Shown piece by piece: positions 1 to 10,129 of a stretch of DNA of 64,000 bases (position 1 is the first letter of the stretch; every line of letters starts with the position of its first letter). The stretch comes from Candidatus Latescibacterota bacterium (GTDB lineage: Bacteria > Latescibacterota > UBA2968 > UBA8231): positions 1,024,001-1,088,000 of the forward strand of contig CBDCXV010000011.1 in NCBI GenBank assembly GCA_965223905.1. Reading direction: 5' to 3'. Made by a program: the position numbers and the translations under genes. The notes beneath the pieces are model-generated. The model was given only the letters and a program-made list of their open reading frames with translations, was not told the origin of the DNA and made no database searches.

Positions 1-2
1 CT

Positions 3-254
3 TCCTGGCGGCTCAAGGCGATCCCCAGGGCGGACGGCACCGGGTGCGACGTGCTGCAGCTGATCGACGGGGCGGGGGCGAGCCGGGAGGTGACCGTCCA
101 CGTCCGTCGCAAGGGGGACGGCGTCGTGCGCTTCGAGCCGGTGCCGGTGTACGACCTGTCGGTGCTGGAGCCGCTGGAGTACTTCGGGGCCTTCTACGTC
201 GAGCAGGATTACACCGAGGGGTACGCCCAGATCGTGCGCGACTTCCTCGCCTGA
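3..254 (+). CDS. Hypothetical protein, 5'-partial at window edge
   Basis: Frame open from the window start to TGA at 252-254 with GC3-rich codon usage. Confidence 0.6.
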   Translation, partial: SWRLKAIPRADGTGCDVLQLIDGAGASREVTVHVRRKGDGVVRFEPVPVYDLSVLEPLEYFGAFYVEQDYTEGYAQIVRDFLA

Positions 255-359
255 GGCGCTCGCTGCTGGGGATTGATTTCCCGGCCCACCCCGGCGGCGG
301 CGCTTCGGCTCGGTGCCGCCAAGGTTTACATGCAACCGGGATTGTTTTTGTTCCCCATT

Positions 360-368
360 TGTGGCACA
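360..368. promoter_or_regulatory. Putative antitoxin operator palindrome TGTG-G-CACA
   Basis: Inverted repeat ~30 nt upstream of the RelB/DinJ start; RHH antitoxins autoregulate via such sites. Confidence 0.45.
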
Positions 369-398
369 TTTCGTCGATTGACAAGGACGGAGGAAGCC

Positions 399-656
399 AT
401 GGCAAAAACGGAAACGATCCGGGCCCGCGTTGAACCGGAGTTGAAGAACCTGGCCGAGCAGGTCTTCTCGGAGCTGGGGCTGTCCCCCACCGAGGCGATC
501 ACCCTGTTCTATACCCAGGTGACCCTGCATCGGGGGTTGCCATTCGAGGTCCGGGTTCCCAATGCCGAGACTCTCGAGGCGATGCGCCAGGCCCGCGCCG
601 GAGAGGGGTTGACCGAATACGCCGACCTGAAGGCGCTCAAAGCCGGACATCGCTGA
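399..656 (+). CDS. dinJ: RelB/DinJ family antitoxin
   Basis: MAKTETIRARVEPELK...LGLSPTEAITLFYTQV...GLPFEVRVPNAET; GGAGG RBS before ATG 399. Confidence 0.9.
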   Translation: MAKTETIRARVEPELKNLAEQVFSELGLSPTEAITLFYTQVTLHRGLPFEVRVPNAETLEAMRQARAGEGLTEYADLKALKAGHR

Positions 657-659
657 TGC

Positions 660-926
660 ATGCGCCTTCTCACCACGACCCGATTCGAAAGGGACCTCAA
701 GCGGGCCGGTAGACGCGGTAAGGATCTCAATGCGCTCTGGCGGGTGGTTGAGCGACTCTTGTCTCGGCAGCCCCTCGACCCCAGGCACAGACCGCACCGT
801 TTATCGGGTGAATGGTCTGCCTGCTGGGAATGCCACCTCGAACCGGATTGGCTGTTGATCTGGGACCAGCGCCCGGATGTCCTCATCCTGGTGCGCACCG
901 GAACCCACGCCGATCTGTTCGACTGA
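660..926 (+). CDS. yafQ: YafQ family mRNA interferase toxin
   Basis: HRLSGEW..CWECHLEPDWLLIW....LVRTGTHADLF signature, directly after dinJ. Confidence 0.92.
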   Translation: MRLLTTTRFERDLKRAGRRGKDLNALWRVVERLLSRQPLDPRHRPHRLSGEWSACWECHLEPDWLLIWDQRPDVLILVRTGTHADLFD

Positions 927-989
927 TCCTGCCGGGGGGAATGTTCCCACCGCAGTACCTGGCATGACCGCGCCCCTCGCCGCGAACCC

Positions 990-2552
990 TCAATCGAGCT
1001 CGTCGAAGAAGGTGACGTCCGCCCCGAAGCTGTCCATCGCCGCGACCTCGTCTCCGCGCAGGCGCACCCGTATGTCGCGGGTGCGGTGCTCCATCACGAT
1101 CTCCTCTTCGGTCAGCGGGAAGTCGATGGCGACCTCGCGGTTGACCGGGGGCTCGGCGATCAGCAGGTACCCGTCCGACCACCTCGGCTCTCCGGTTGCC
1201 CCCGCGACCCGCACCTCCTCCCGGTTCACCCAGGGCGGGATGCGGACGAAGAGGGGGGCTGGCTTCTTCACGCGCACCGCGAGACGGCCGTGCGTGTACG
1301 GAGACTTCACCCGGACATGGCCGTTCTCGTGGTCGAACAGCAGGTTGATCCAGTGGCCGGACTCCTCGAACCGCGCCGCCTCCCGCAGGGCCTCGCACAA
1401 GGACCCAACCGAGCCGCCGACCACGTCGGTGTTGAAGCGCAGGAACCGGTTGCCGAGCGGCTCGTGGCCGTACGGGGCCGGGAAGCCCCAGGAGCCGCGG
1501 ATGCGATTGCGCACGTCGCGCAGGTGGTCGGACCCGTCCGGGTTCTCCGGGTCGCGGATCCAGGAGACGTCCCTGAGCTGCGACGGCAGCAGGTGGCAGC
1601 GGAGGATCCGTTCGGCGTCCTGGTAGTACTCGCTGAAACCCCAGCGCCCGAGGATGAGGGCGGTCTCGAGGATGTCGCCGGTGTTGTTCATCTCCCCCTC
1701 GTCGGCGCGGGACTCGTCGAATCGCGCTCCCTCTATCGACCAGCCGACCTCGTCCCGCAGCTCCCGGAGCCCGTTGTCGAAGAACGCCTTCACGCGGGCG
1801 AGCAGGGAGCCGTCCCCGGTCAGGTCGGCGAGCTGGGCCAGCGACGACATCACGCAGGTCGTCGAGTGCACGTGGCCGCCGAAGCGCTCCATATCGTAGG
1901 AGCCGTCCTCGAGGTAGACCTCGGAGACCAGCTTTTCCTTCAGGGCGCTCGCCAACTCCAGGGCCGGACCGGACCCGGTGACGCGGAAATACTTGACCAG
2001 CGGCCCGATGCAGCGGCCGACCCCTTCGACGACGGTGCGGTCGTCGTCGACCTGCACCCCGTGCTCCCGCTCCATGCGTTCAGAATCCCAGCGGCCCCCG
2101 GGAACGAAGTACTCGAGGACCGCGCGGATGCTCGCCTCGGCCAGGTCCCGGGCCCGCTCGGAGTTGCGGTACTTCACCAGCGGGTACAGGGCGTGAAACC
2201 CCTCGCGCACGTTGTGGTCGTTGAACTTCACCGGCTTCCCCTGGTAGTCGACCCGCTGCTTCGGCAGGGCGAGGGTGCCGCCGAACGAGAAGAAGGCGGC
2301 GCGCGCGTGCTTTTCGATCGCGTCCTCGTCGATCTCGACGCCGGCCGCGTCCTCGGCGTTCAGCAGGCCGTTGAGATGCCGCCCGGGTATGTGGTCCTCG
2401 ATGCTCATGCCGAGGTAGCAGTCCGGCCGCACCGCCACCCGGAAGAAGGGGATGTCCCCATCGTCTGCGTTGAAGAGGTTCTGCATGGTGTGACAGCCGA
2501 GGCGGATCGCCGCGGGAATGTCGGTGGTGTTGACGTCACTAAGCCTGGCCAT
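990..2552 (-). CDS. Six-hairpin glycosidase-like protein (GH127/GH146-like architecture)
   Basis: 520 aa; EMNNTGD..ETALILG...YYQDAERILRCHLLPSQ helix region and beta-rich C-terminus with VRIPPW; family uncertain. Confidence 0.55.
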   Translation of the reverse strand: MARLSDVNTTDIPAAIRLGCHTMQNLFNADDGDIPFFRVAVRPDCYLGMSIEDHIPGRHLNGLLNAEDAAGVEIDEDAIEKHARAAFFSFGGTLALPKQRVDYQGKPVKFNDHNVREGFHALYPLVKYRNSERARDLAEASIRAVLEYFVPGGRWDSERMEREHGVQVDDDRTVVEGVGRCIGPLVKYFRVTGSGPALELASALKEKLVSEVYLEDGSYDMERFGGHVHSTTCVMSSLAQLADLTGDGSLLARVKAFFDNGLRELRDEVGWSIEGARFDESRADEGEMNNTGDILETALILGRWGFSEYYQDAERILRCHLLPSQLRDVSWIRDPENPDGSDHLRDVRNRIRGSWGFPAPYGHEPLGNRFLRFNTDVVGGSVGSLCEALREAARFEESGHWINLLFDHENGHVRVKSPYTHGRLAVRVKKPAPLFVRIPPWVNREEVRVAGATGEPRWSDGYLLIAEPPVNREVAIDFPLTEEEIVMEHRTRDIRVRLRGDEVAAMDSFGADVTFFDELD

Positions 2553-2666
2553 CGGGTGGTTTTCCTTGGACTTGAGGAGCTACAGGGGAAAGAGGTGAAG
2601 TGTGCTGGTATTCTGCGGCTGAGGACCGGGACCGAATGCAGGTGAAAGCGGTTAGCTGGAGGAGAG

Positions 2667-4733
2667 CTACTTGAGGAATAGCAGCCGCCGTGTCTGCACA
2701 CCCCCCGAATAGTGCAGACGGGTCAGATAGACCCCCGCCGATACTGCCGATCCCTCCTCGTCGCGGGCATCCCAGCCGGCTTGGTAGAAGCCTGGGGGCT
2801 GGAACTCGTCAACCAGGGTGCGAACCCGCTGTCCCAGGGTATTGAATACCTCCAGCCGTACTGGTCCGGAAGTGGCCAGATGATAGGGGATCCGGGTGGT
2901 GCTGTTGAAGGGGTTGGGGGTATTGGGCTCCAGGCCGCTGGCGGCCGGAGCCTTTGGCATGGTGCCGTGCGTCAAGACGGAAGTCGGGATGGGGATGTCC
3001 AGGGCGATGCCCGTTGGAGCCGGTGAGCTCCCTTCCTCAAAAAACACGGAATGGATTTCCTCGACCTGTGAGCCATCCAGGTTGGACCGATAGATTTCCA
3101 ACCACTCCGGTCTCGGGCTGAAAAATTCCGCAGGGAGCCCGTACGTCAAAACCCCCCAGAAAATTTTGTTCCCGGCCGGATCCAGAGCGATGGCCCCGTA
3201 GTCACCCCATTCGGCAGCAGTGACGACTTCTTCGACCTGCGAGCCATCGAGGTTGGACCGTTTTATAGTGCCCCTGCCCCAATCAGTGCTCGTCCAGTAT
3301 AGTTTGGACCTGCCTCTGTCCAAGGCAATGGCCCCGTAGTAGTCAACCTCATCAGAAGCAGTGACGATTGCTTCGACCAGCGAGCCATTGAGGTTGGACC
3401 GTTGAATGGAACCCTCCTCCGTCCAGTATATCTTGGACCCTCCCCGGTCCAAGGCGACGGCATCCGGACGATCCAACCCTGTGACGATATCCTCGACCTG
3501 CGAGCCGTCCACGTTCCCCGCCTGAATTTTCCCTGTTCCCGAGTCCGCCCAATAGATGTTCCCTGTTCCCGAGTCCGCCCAATAGATCCTGTTCCCGCCT
3601 GACAGGGCCATGCCTTTGGGTTGATCCAACCCTGTTATCAGGACTTCGATTCCTGAGCCGTCCAGGTCGGACCGGTGGATGGAGCCCGCCACAAGGTCAC
3701 TCCAGTACATCTTCCTCCCCCTTGCGTCGAGGGCAATGCCGTACGGCCCCCTAACTTCCGGGGCAAAGAGGTCCTCGACGTTTGTGCCGTCGAGGTTTGC
3801 CCGGTGGATCGTGCCCCTGTTCCCTGTCCAATAGAGCCGGCCCTGGTCCAGGTCGAGGGCAAAGCCCATCACCCCTTCCCATTCCATGAGGTGTTCGATG
3901 TCCGAACCATCCAGATTCGCCCGCCGAATCGCACCGGCTTCCGAGTCAGTCCAGTAGATCTTGCCACCGGCTACATCCAGGGTGATGTCTGTGCCAAAAT
4001 CCACCCATCCCGTGACCACCTCTTCGATGTTGGAGCCGTCCAGGTCGGCCCGCTGAATGGTGCGCTCCCACAGGTTCGTCCAGTAGATCTTTTCCCCGCG
4101 TACATCCAGGGCGATATCCTCGAGATACCAAAAACCTGTGACCACCTCTTCGACATTGGACCCGTCCAGGTCGGCCCGCCTGATTTTCTCCCAGGCCGTC
4201 CAGTACATTTTGCCCTCGACCAAGTCCAGGGCGAGGCCCTCTGGATGATCCAGATAGTGAGTAAGTCGTTCAATGTTTGAGCCGTCCAGATTCGCCCGCA
4301 GGACTTCAGCAGTTGTATAGTCTCCGTGCGAGTACAGTGCCGTCCAATATATCTTGCCCGCATCCAGATTCAGCGCAATGTCCGATATCCCTGTCCATCC
4401 TGGAAATCTATCTCCTTCTATGAGTGTTTCGGTGTTGGAGCCGTCCAGGCCGGACCGATGGATGCCGCCCGCCCGCCTGTCTGCCCAGTAGATCTTTTCC
4501 CCGGGTACATCCAGGGCGATCTTGTCCGGACGCCTCAATTCCGGGTTGACGAGCTGTTCGACACTTGAGCCGTCCAGGCTCGACCGATGAATTCCCCGCT
4601 CCAAGTGCGTCCAGTAGATTTTGCCCTCCTCGACCGGGGACTGACCGTAGCTCAGGCCCTGCACGCCCAGTGCCAACCCTACCACTGCCGGAATCGAAGC
4701 GCTGACTTTTCGACGGGAAATCGGGTTCATCAT
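2667..4733 (-). CDS. Secreted LDL-receptor class B (YWTD) beta-propeller repeat protein with C-terminal FlgD-Ig/T9SS-like domain
   Basis: Many KIYWTD...I.RA.LDGS repeats; C-terminal PNPFNSTT.I.Y...VFNTLGQRVRTLVD...WDARD...SAGVY; AAGGAG RBS before ATG 4733; hydrophobic signal-like N-terminus. Confidence 0.9.
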   Translation of the reverse strand: MMNPISRRKVSASIPAVVGLALGVQGLSYGQSPVEEGKIYWTHLERGIHRSSLDGSSVEQLVNPELRRPDKIALDVPGEKIYWADRRAGGIHRSGLDGSNTETLIEGDRFPGWTGISDIALNLDAGKIYWTALYSHGDYTTAEVLRANLDGSNIERLTHYLDHPEGLALDLVEGKMYWTAWEKIRRADLDGSNVEEVVTGFWYLEDIALDVRGEKIYWTNLWERTIQRADLDGSNIEEVVTGWVDFGTDITLDVAGGKIYWTDSEAGAIRRANLDGSDIEHLMEWEGVMGFALDLDQGRLYWTGNRGTIHRANLDGTNVEDLFAPEVRGPYGIALDARGRKMYWSDLVAGSIHRSDLDGSGIEVLITGLDQPKGMALSGGNRIYWADSGTGNIYWADSGTGKIQAGNVDGSQVEDIVTGLDRPDAVALDRGGSKIYWTEEGSIQRSNLNGSLVEAIVTASDEVDYYGAIALDRGRSKLYWTSTDWGRGTIKRSNLDGSQVEEVVTAAEWGDYGAIALDPAGNKIFWGVLTYGLPAEFFSPRPEWLEIYRSNLDGSQVEEIHSVFFEEGSSPAPTGIALDIPIPTSVLTHGTMPKAPAASGLEPNTPNPFNSTTRIPYHLATSGPVRLEVFNTLGQRVRTLVDEFQPPGFYQAGWDARDEEGSAVSAGVYLTRLHYSGGVQTRRLLFLK
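3529..3587. repeat. In-frame 30-bp tandem duplication (IYWADSGTG x2)
   Basis: ttccctgttcccgagtccgcccaatagat repeated with period 30. Confidence 0.95.
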
Positions 4734-4896
4734 CGGATAAACTCCTTCGTGGGTCCGGCCTCGTCCCTTCTGCAGATGCCCTTCTTTCGAGGGCGGACCT
4801 CCCCCGGATTCGGGCGGGAGGCGCCCGGCCTCGCAAAGGCGCGAGAACGGGCTCTGCTGCGGGCGGCACCATGGGCATGAAACCGATCTTACAGCG

Positions 4897-4950
4897 GTAG
4901 CGTACGGATTTGAAATCAGGTCGCCAGATTTCAAACCAGCACACCCCTAC
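4897..4950. repeat. REP-like GTAG...CTAC palindromic element
   Basis: GTAG at 4897, CTAC at 4947-4950, inner arms tttgaaatc/gatttcaaa. Confidence 0.5.
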
Positions 4951-6998
4951 AGCGAAGTATCCCCGGGCGGGCGGTAGATCTCGAACGGCCCCGAGGGGCT
5001 GCCGAAATTCTCCGGCTTCCAGTACCAGACGTGGCCGAAATCGGCGCCGGCCAGCAGCTCCCAGCGCCCGTCGCCGTCCCAGTCGACCGCGGCCGGGTGG
5101 GCGCCGTGGCGAAAGAACTCCTGCGGCTTCCCATCCGCGCCGAACAGCAGCACTTGCGGGCGCGCGAAGAGGGGCTCCGCGTTGGTTCCGACGTTGCGGC
5201 AGAGGAGGACGAAACTGCCGCGGAAGGTGCTGCCCGGCTGCGGGCCGACTCCGAGCATCAAGTCGAGAAGTCCGTTCCCGTCCCAGTCGACGACCTGGAT
5301 CTTGGAGCGGCCGCGGCCGTCGCCGCCCTGCGGCGTGTAGGGCCCGTGGGTCTTGATGGGGTCGCCGTCCTCGAAGCGCAGCTTCTCCCCCGGGAGCAGG
5401 CAACAAAAATCCCCCTTGCCGGCGCGCCGGTAGAGCGCGAGGTCGAGGTCGAGATCCATGGTGACGACGTCCGGCAGGCCGCTGCTACTGAAGTCGCCGA
5501 GTCCGGGCTGCACGCGCCACGGCGCGAAAAGGGGCTCGTCTCCAACCCGCAGGCGATGCGGCGGGTCGAGCTTGGGTTCGCGCGCCGTGCCCCGGTTCGG
5601 GTACCAGTCGTAGAGCCCGAGCATGCTGCCGGCGACGAGGTCGAGCAGGCCGTCGCCGTCGAAGTCGACGAGCACAGGGTTGCTGTAGCCGCCGATGTTG
5701 CCGTCGAGAGGGCCCTGCGAGCCGCCCCAGTGGTGGCCGGCCGCGGGGTTGGGCCTGGCGGTGTAGCGGATCTCGTCCCCTGCGGCCCGCACCCGTTCCG
5801 GCGGCGCGAAGCGCAGCGGATCGGTGGAGAGGGTTTTGTACCAGAAGACGTACCCCTCGACGCTGCCGACGAGGAGGTCGGCGCGGCCGGTAGCGCGCCA
5901 GTCCCCGGCGGTCGGGACGCTGAAGCAGCCGCCGTTCACGTGGGGGTTCCGCTGCCGGAGCTTGAGCGGCTCGCCGTACACGGGACGCCCCCCGGTGTCG
6001 CGGCCATGATAGCGGCACCTGTGGACGTTGTTGGCGATGTCGCTGGCGAACAGGTCGGCGCGGTCCCCTTCGAGAGCCGCGGTGGTGATCCGGAGGAAGT
6101 TGGCGCGGCGCGAGAACGGGGCGCCGTGCAGGGTGAACAGCTCGGCCGGCTCTCCCCACTCCGGGACCTCCCCGGGCTGCAGCAGCGGCAGGTGCCAGAC
6201 CGGCCCGTAGTAGTCGAGGATGAGCAGCCCCGCGGACGGGTCGCCGCCGTCGACCGGGCAGAGCGGCCCGCCCGGCACCTCGACGTCGAGCTTGCCGCAG
6301 TACTCGAACTCCCAGCTCCCGGCGGAGCAGGCGTTGCGCAGCAGGTGCAGGGACCAGGGGCCGATGATCCCCTTCCAGGTGCCGTCGAGGCGGTAGCGGT
6401 CGCGCTGGTCCTCGGCCGCCGTGTCGACCCCGGGCGGCAGCCAGTAGTCGCCGTTCTCGTGGACCGCGGCGACCAGATCGAGGCGGCCGTCGCCGTCCCA
6501 GTCGCAGGGGGCCAGGGCCGTGGCCCAGTCGATGCCGTTGCCGTCCGCATCCGGGCCGCCGCTGAAGGCAACCGGCTGCCCCTGCGAGCGGTGCGTGGGA
6601 GAGCCGCCGGCCAGGGACAGCATGACCGGGGGCATGCGGGAGTAGGGACGCGGCCCCAGCAGGACCTCGGGGAACCCGTCGCCGTCGAAGTCGCCTGCGA
6701 CCTCGATGCGGCCGCAGAGCCCCTGGTCGCTCTCGTCCCGCTGGTGGGACCGCGACATCTCCCCCCAGCGCTGGCCGCGGTCGAGCACCGGGGTGCCGTC
6801 GGCGAGCGGCTCCTCGAAGCCGTACACGAACACCGCTCCCCCGGAGTCGACGAGCTCGAGGCGGCCGTCGCCGTTCCAGTCGACCAGGTGGGGGTTGCCG
6901 TTGGCGAGGAAGGCGTCCCCGGCGGCGGCGGAATCGCCGAGCCGCAGGGGCGAGCCGTCGCCGCTGTTTCCGCCTTCGACCGGCCTGGGAAAGCTCAT
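4947..6998 (-). CDS. FG-GAP/VCBS repeat protein
   Basis: Repeated DW(N/D)GDG..DL motifs; ATGA overlap with the upstream amidohydrolase stop. Confidence 0.85.
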   Translation of the reverse strand: MSFPRPVEGGNSGDGSPLRLGDSAAAGDAFLANGNPHLVDWNGDGRLELVDSGGAVFVYGFEEPLADGTPVLDRGQRWGEMSRSHQRDESDQGLCGRIEVAGDFDGDGFPEVLLGPRPYSRMPPVMLSLAGGSPTHRSQGQPVAFSGGPDADGNGIDWATALAPCDWDGDGRLDLVAAVHENGDYWLPPGVDTAAEDQRDRYRLDGTWKGIIGPWSLHLLRNACSAGSWEFEYCGKLDVEVPGGPLCPVDGGDPSAGLLILDYYGPVWHLPLLQPGEVPEWGEPAELFTLHGAPFSRRANFLRITTAALEGDRADLFASDIANNVHRCRYHGRDTGGRPVYGEPLKLRQRNPHVNGGCFSVPTAGDWRATGRADLLVGSVEGYVFWYKTLSTDPLRFAPPERVRAAGDEIRYTARPNPAAGHHWGGSQGPLDGNIGGYSNPVLVDFDGDGLLDLVAGSMLGLYDWYPNRGTAREPKLDPPHRLRVGDEPLFAPWRVQPGLGDFSSSGLPDVVTMDLDLDLALYRRAGKGDFCCLLPGEKLRFEDGDPIKTHGPYTPQGGDGRGRSKIQVVDWDGNGLLDLMLGVGPQPGSTFRGSFVLLCRNVGTNAEPLFARPQVLLFGADGKPQEFFRHGAHPAAVDWDGDGRWELLAGADFGHVWYWKPENFGSPSGPFEIYRPPGDTSL

Positions 6999-7987
6999 AG
7001 CGTCCACCCGGAACGAATGCGCTCGATGAAGCGCTTGCCGTTGCCGGAGAAGTGGTCCTCGATCTCGCCGGACGTGAGCCCGAGCATGTCGGCGACCTGC
7101 TTCTCCTGGCGCAGCTGCTCGTAGATGACGAGGGTGGCGCGCGGGTCGCAGTGCGGCAGGTCGGGGATGCCGTAGAACTGCGACCAGGCCCGGGCCCAGG
7201 TGACGTACTTACCGCGATCGCAGCCGGCGACGATGTTGTCGGACCCGAACATCACCCGCGAGCGGTCCTCGTGCTTCATCAGCAGGAAGTGGCTGTAGAG
7301 GTCGTTCACCGCGGAGGTGTCGTACCAGATGTTTGGCAGCCCGGTGAGGAACTCGATCGACTCCTCCATCATGAAGGAGTTGAAGGCGCGGGCGCAGTGG
7401 GCGAGGATCCACTGCGCTCCCGGATAGTCGCGGGTGTAGCGCTCGAGGTCCTGCTGGTTGGCGGGGTCCGCGGGCCCGGTCGGCATCGACAGGTGCATGG
7501 TGATCGCCAGCTTCATGTGGTGGGCCAGCTCGATCAGGTGCTCCGGCAGGAAGTCGCGGATGCGGGCGCTGGCCGGGTCCGGGGCGAAAAGGCGGTACGG
7601 CTTGAGGCCGAGGAAGCGGTGCTTCCTCACCTGCGCTTCCACGTACTCGGCGCTCATCTCCGGGGTGACCAGCATGTTGACCGCGGAGGCCGGGTCGGCG
7701 CTCAGCTCCTGAGCCATCCAGTCGTTGTGCCCTTCGGCGTCGCAGCCGACCACCGGCGTGCCGAGAACCAGGTAATGGATCTCCCGCCCCGGGTAGAGGT
7801 TTCCCGCCCATTCCAGGTGGTCGCGGTAGTCGTGCTCGGCGCGCAGGCCGGTCGGCTCCCCCTGCTGCGAGCCGCGGTGTTCCTCCGACCAGATGTGGGT
7901 GTGCATGTCGTAGATCACCGGGGGCACGAACCCCTCCAGCTCCCTGTTCCAGATGTCGCGGTCGAAATCGGTGTACTCGTATCTCAA
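6995..7987 (-). CDS. Amidohydrolase family protein (Amidohydro_2-like)
   Basis: DMHTH, ILAH, WYDTS, VMFGSD motifs. Confidence 0.85.
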   Translation of the reverse strand: MRYEYTDFDRDIWNRELEGFVPPVIYDMHTHIWSEEHRGSQQGEPTGLRAEHDYRDHLEWAGNLYPGREIHYLVLGTPVVGCDAEGHNDWMAQELSADPASAVNMLVTPEMSAEYVEAQVRKHRFLGLKPYRLFAPDPASARIRDFLPEHLIELAHHMKLAITMHLSMPTGPADPANQQDLERYTRDYPGAQWILAHCARAFNSFMMEESIEFLTGLPNIWYDTSAVNDLYSHFLLMKHEDRSRVMFGSDNIVAGCDRGKYVTWARAWSQFYGIPDLPHCDPRATLVIYEQLRQEKQVADMLGLTSGEIEDHFSGNGKRFIERIRSGWTL

Positions 7988-9102
7988 GACCCTTCCTCCC
8001 TTTCCTTCAGGCGGCAGCAGCGCACGTACGTGACCTGTTCCTCGGTAACGTAGAACGCGGCGGCGATGGTGCCGTCGGACAGCTGCGCGACCGACGGCGT
8101 TCCGAAAGTGAAATGGTGGTACGCCTGCAGGGCGTCGGCGACGGTGTCGCGCCTCATGGCCAGCACCGGGGCGCTGCGGACGCGGGCCGGCTCGATACCC
8201 CAGAGCTCAAGGTGGTTCCCCTCGTCGAAGCTGGCGCCCCCGTCCTCGGAAAGCAGGGCGCGCACCCCCAGCGGCTCGCGGCGGTGGTTGGTGACCGCCA
8301 GTACGCGGCCGCTCTGCAGGCCGAGGACGTCGGTCACCTGGCCCCAGAATCCGGCATCGGCCGGTTCGCTCCAGGTCTCGCCGGCGTCCTCCGAGCGGGA
8401 GGTGTGGACGTTGACCCCGACGTCCTGCTCCAGGTCATGGGTCCAGTAGGCGGCCAGCAGCCGGTCCCCTGAAAGCCGCGTCAGGCGCAGGTCGAAGAAG
8501 TAGAGGCCGCCCTCTCCCGGCCCCTGGATGCGGCGCCACGGTTCCCACGAACGGCCGCGGTCCCGGGAGCGGGTGATTGCAGCGGCCCAGTCGGGAAGCC
8601 GGTCGTCGCTGCCTTCATCCCCCCACTCGCCCGCGGCGATCAGGCTTCCGTCCGACAGGGTCGCCAGGTTGCCCCCGGGTCCCATGTTCTCGAAGGGACG
8701 GCTGCTTACGGCCTGCAGCGGTGACCAGGTGTCGCCGCCGTCCAGGGAGCGGGCCGCCAGCAGTCCCCACTCCTCCCGGCCGGTCGGATAGTGCACGCAG
8801 GCGACCACCTCCCCGTCCGCGGCGATCCCGAACCCCCCGGGCAGCCGCACTCCCTCGCCGGCCTCCTCCGGCGCGGGCAGCTGTCCGGCGCGGTCCCAGG
8901 TCTCCCCGCCATCCCGCGAGCGGTGGATGACCACCTTCCCGTCCCCGCTCTCGCGCGCGCTCCCGTGCCGGCACATGCACAGCAGGGTGTCGTCGGGCAA
9001 CGCCTGGATCGACGGGAAGGCGACGTACTCGCTGGCGAGGTTGGGGTGGGGATTGCGATAGATCGTGCCGTGCCCGAGGACTTCAAGACGTGCCATGCTC
9101 AC
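7984..9102 (-). CDS. BNR/Asp-box sialidase-family protein
   Basis: Asp boxes SRDGGETW, SLDGGDTW, SRDRGRSW, SEDAGETW, SEDGGASF. Confidence 0.85.
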   Translation of the reverse strand: MSMARLEVLGHGTIYRNPHPNLASEYVAFPSIQALPDDTLLCMCRHGSARESGDGKVVIHRSRDGGETWDRAGQLPAPEEAGEGVRLPGGFGIAADGEVVACVHYPTGREEWGLLAARSLDGGDTWSPLQAVSSRPFENMGPGGNLATLSDGSLIAAGEWGDEGSDDRLPDWAAAITRSRDRGRSWEPWRRIQGPGEGGLYFFDLRLTRLSGDRLLAAYWTHDLEQDVGVNVHTSRSEDAGETWSEPADAGFWGQVTDVLGLQSGRVLAVTNHRREPLGVRALLSEDGGASFDEGNHLELWGIEPARVRSAPVLAMRRDTVADALQAYHHFTFGTPSVAQLSDGTIAAAFYVTEEQVTYVRCCRLKEREEGS

Positions 9103-9189
9103 ATCCCGCTGTGTTCGTAGTGGCCGAGGTCGGGGTCGACGCAGTCGCGGTGAAAGCTCTTCCCGTGTGGAAGCTCTTCCCCATGAGGT
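9097..9189 (-). repeat. Duplicated 3' end of the 11051-12628 gene
   Basis: 9097-9164 matches 11049-11116 (3 mismatches in 68 nt); 9167-9189 matches 11102-11124. Confidence 0.92.
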
Positions 9190-9426
9190 TGGGCGAGAAT
9201 CCGCGGCGCTCCCGGGTCGATCGCCCGTCGGTCTTCAAAGAGAGCCGGGTTCAAAATAGCCCGGTGCGGTCCTGAAGCGAATCACTTTGAGGAGGGTGGA
9301 GTTCGAAGGGCACGGAAGTCGCCGATACGGGTATCGAACCTGCACGCGCCCGGCGGACCCGCCCGGATCTGCGGACGTGCCGTTGCGTCGGAAGGGTATT
9401 GGACAACGGTTGCATTTCAAGCATAT

Positions 9427-9449
9427 TATGTCCACTAATTGTGGACATA
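9427..9449. promoter_or_regulatory. AbiE operator, 9-5-9 inverted repeat
   Basis: TATGTCCAC-taatt-GTGGACATA just upstream of abiEi; AbiEi proteins bind 23-bp inverted repeats. Confidence 0.8.
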
Positions 9450-9472
9450 GATGCAAATTATTGCGGAACAAG

Positions 9473-10129
9473 ATGCCTGGAACGCCCCCATTATTACGGC
9501 AGCAGATCGATCGGGATGTCTTCGATTACCAGCAGTTGGTCGCCTGTCTGTCCCGATTCAGCAAGCCACGGGACAAGATCCGCAGGTTGTTGGCCAGCGG
9601 AGAGATCGTGCGCATCAGGAAGGGACTGTACGCCTTTGGCGAGCCCTTCCGGCATGCCCCCATCAGCCGGGAACTGCTGGCCAACCTCATCCACGGGCCT
9701 TCCTATGTAAGCCTGGACTACGCGCTCAGCTACCACGGGCTCATACCGGAGCGCGTCTCCACGGTCACCTCGGTGACGGTGGGACGATCCCGCGCCTTCA
9801 CGACGCCCTTCGGCACTTTCTCCTATCGCCGCCTGAGCCAGGGCCGCTACGCCGTCGGAGTCCTCCTCGAAGAGCGGGGGGACCTGTCCTTCCTGATCGC
9901 TTCCCCGGAAAAGGCCCTGGCGGACAAGGTCTGGACCGACAAGCGCTTCGACGGAATCCGCCTGGGGGACTACGGGCCGTACCTGCTCGACGACCTGCGG
10001 CTGGATCCCGACCGCCTGGCCGCCCTCGACCAGGTTCGCCTCGATTCGGTAGCGCGAGCCTGCGATTCGCGGAAGCTTCACCGGCTCACGCGCTACCTGC
10101 AGACGCTGAGGGAGCAAGGCCATGCATGA
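9473..10129 (+). CDS. abiEi: Type IV TA antitoxin, AbiEi family
   Basis: wHTH IVRIRKGLY; PSYVSLDYALSYHGLIPE; ASPEKALAD. Confidence 0.88.
   Translation: MPGTPPLLRQQIDRDVFDYQQLVACLSRFSKPRDKIRRLLASGEIVRIRKGLYAFGEPFRHAPISRELLANLIHGPSYVSLDYALSYHGLIPERVSTVTSVTVGRSRAFTTPFGTFSYRRLSQGRYAVGVLLEERGDLSFLIASPEKALADKVWTDKRFDGIRLGDYGPYLLDDLRLDPDRLAALDQVRLDSVARACDSRKLHRLTRYLQTLREQGHA

Noticed and set aside
2600-4945. 10-bp inverted repeat (gtgtgctggt/accagcacac) flanking the YWTD gene as transposon ends
   Set aside because: Too short, does not extend, and no target duplication seen.
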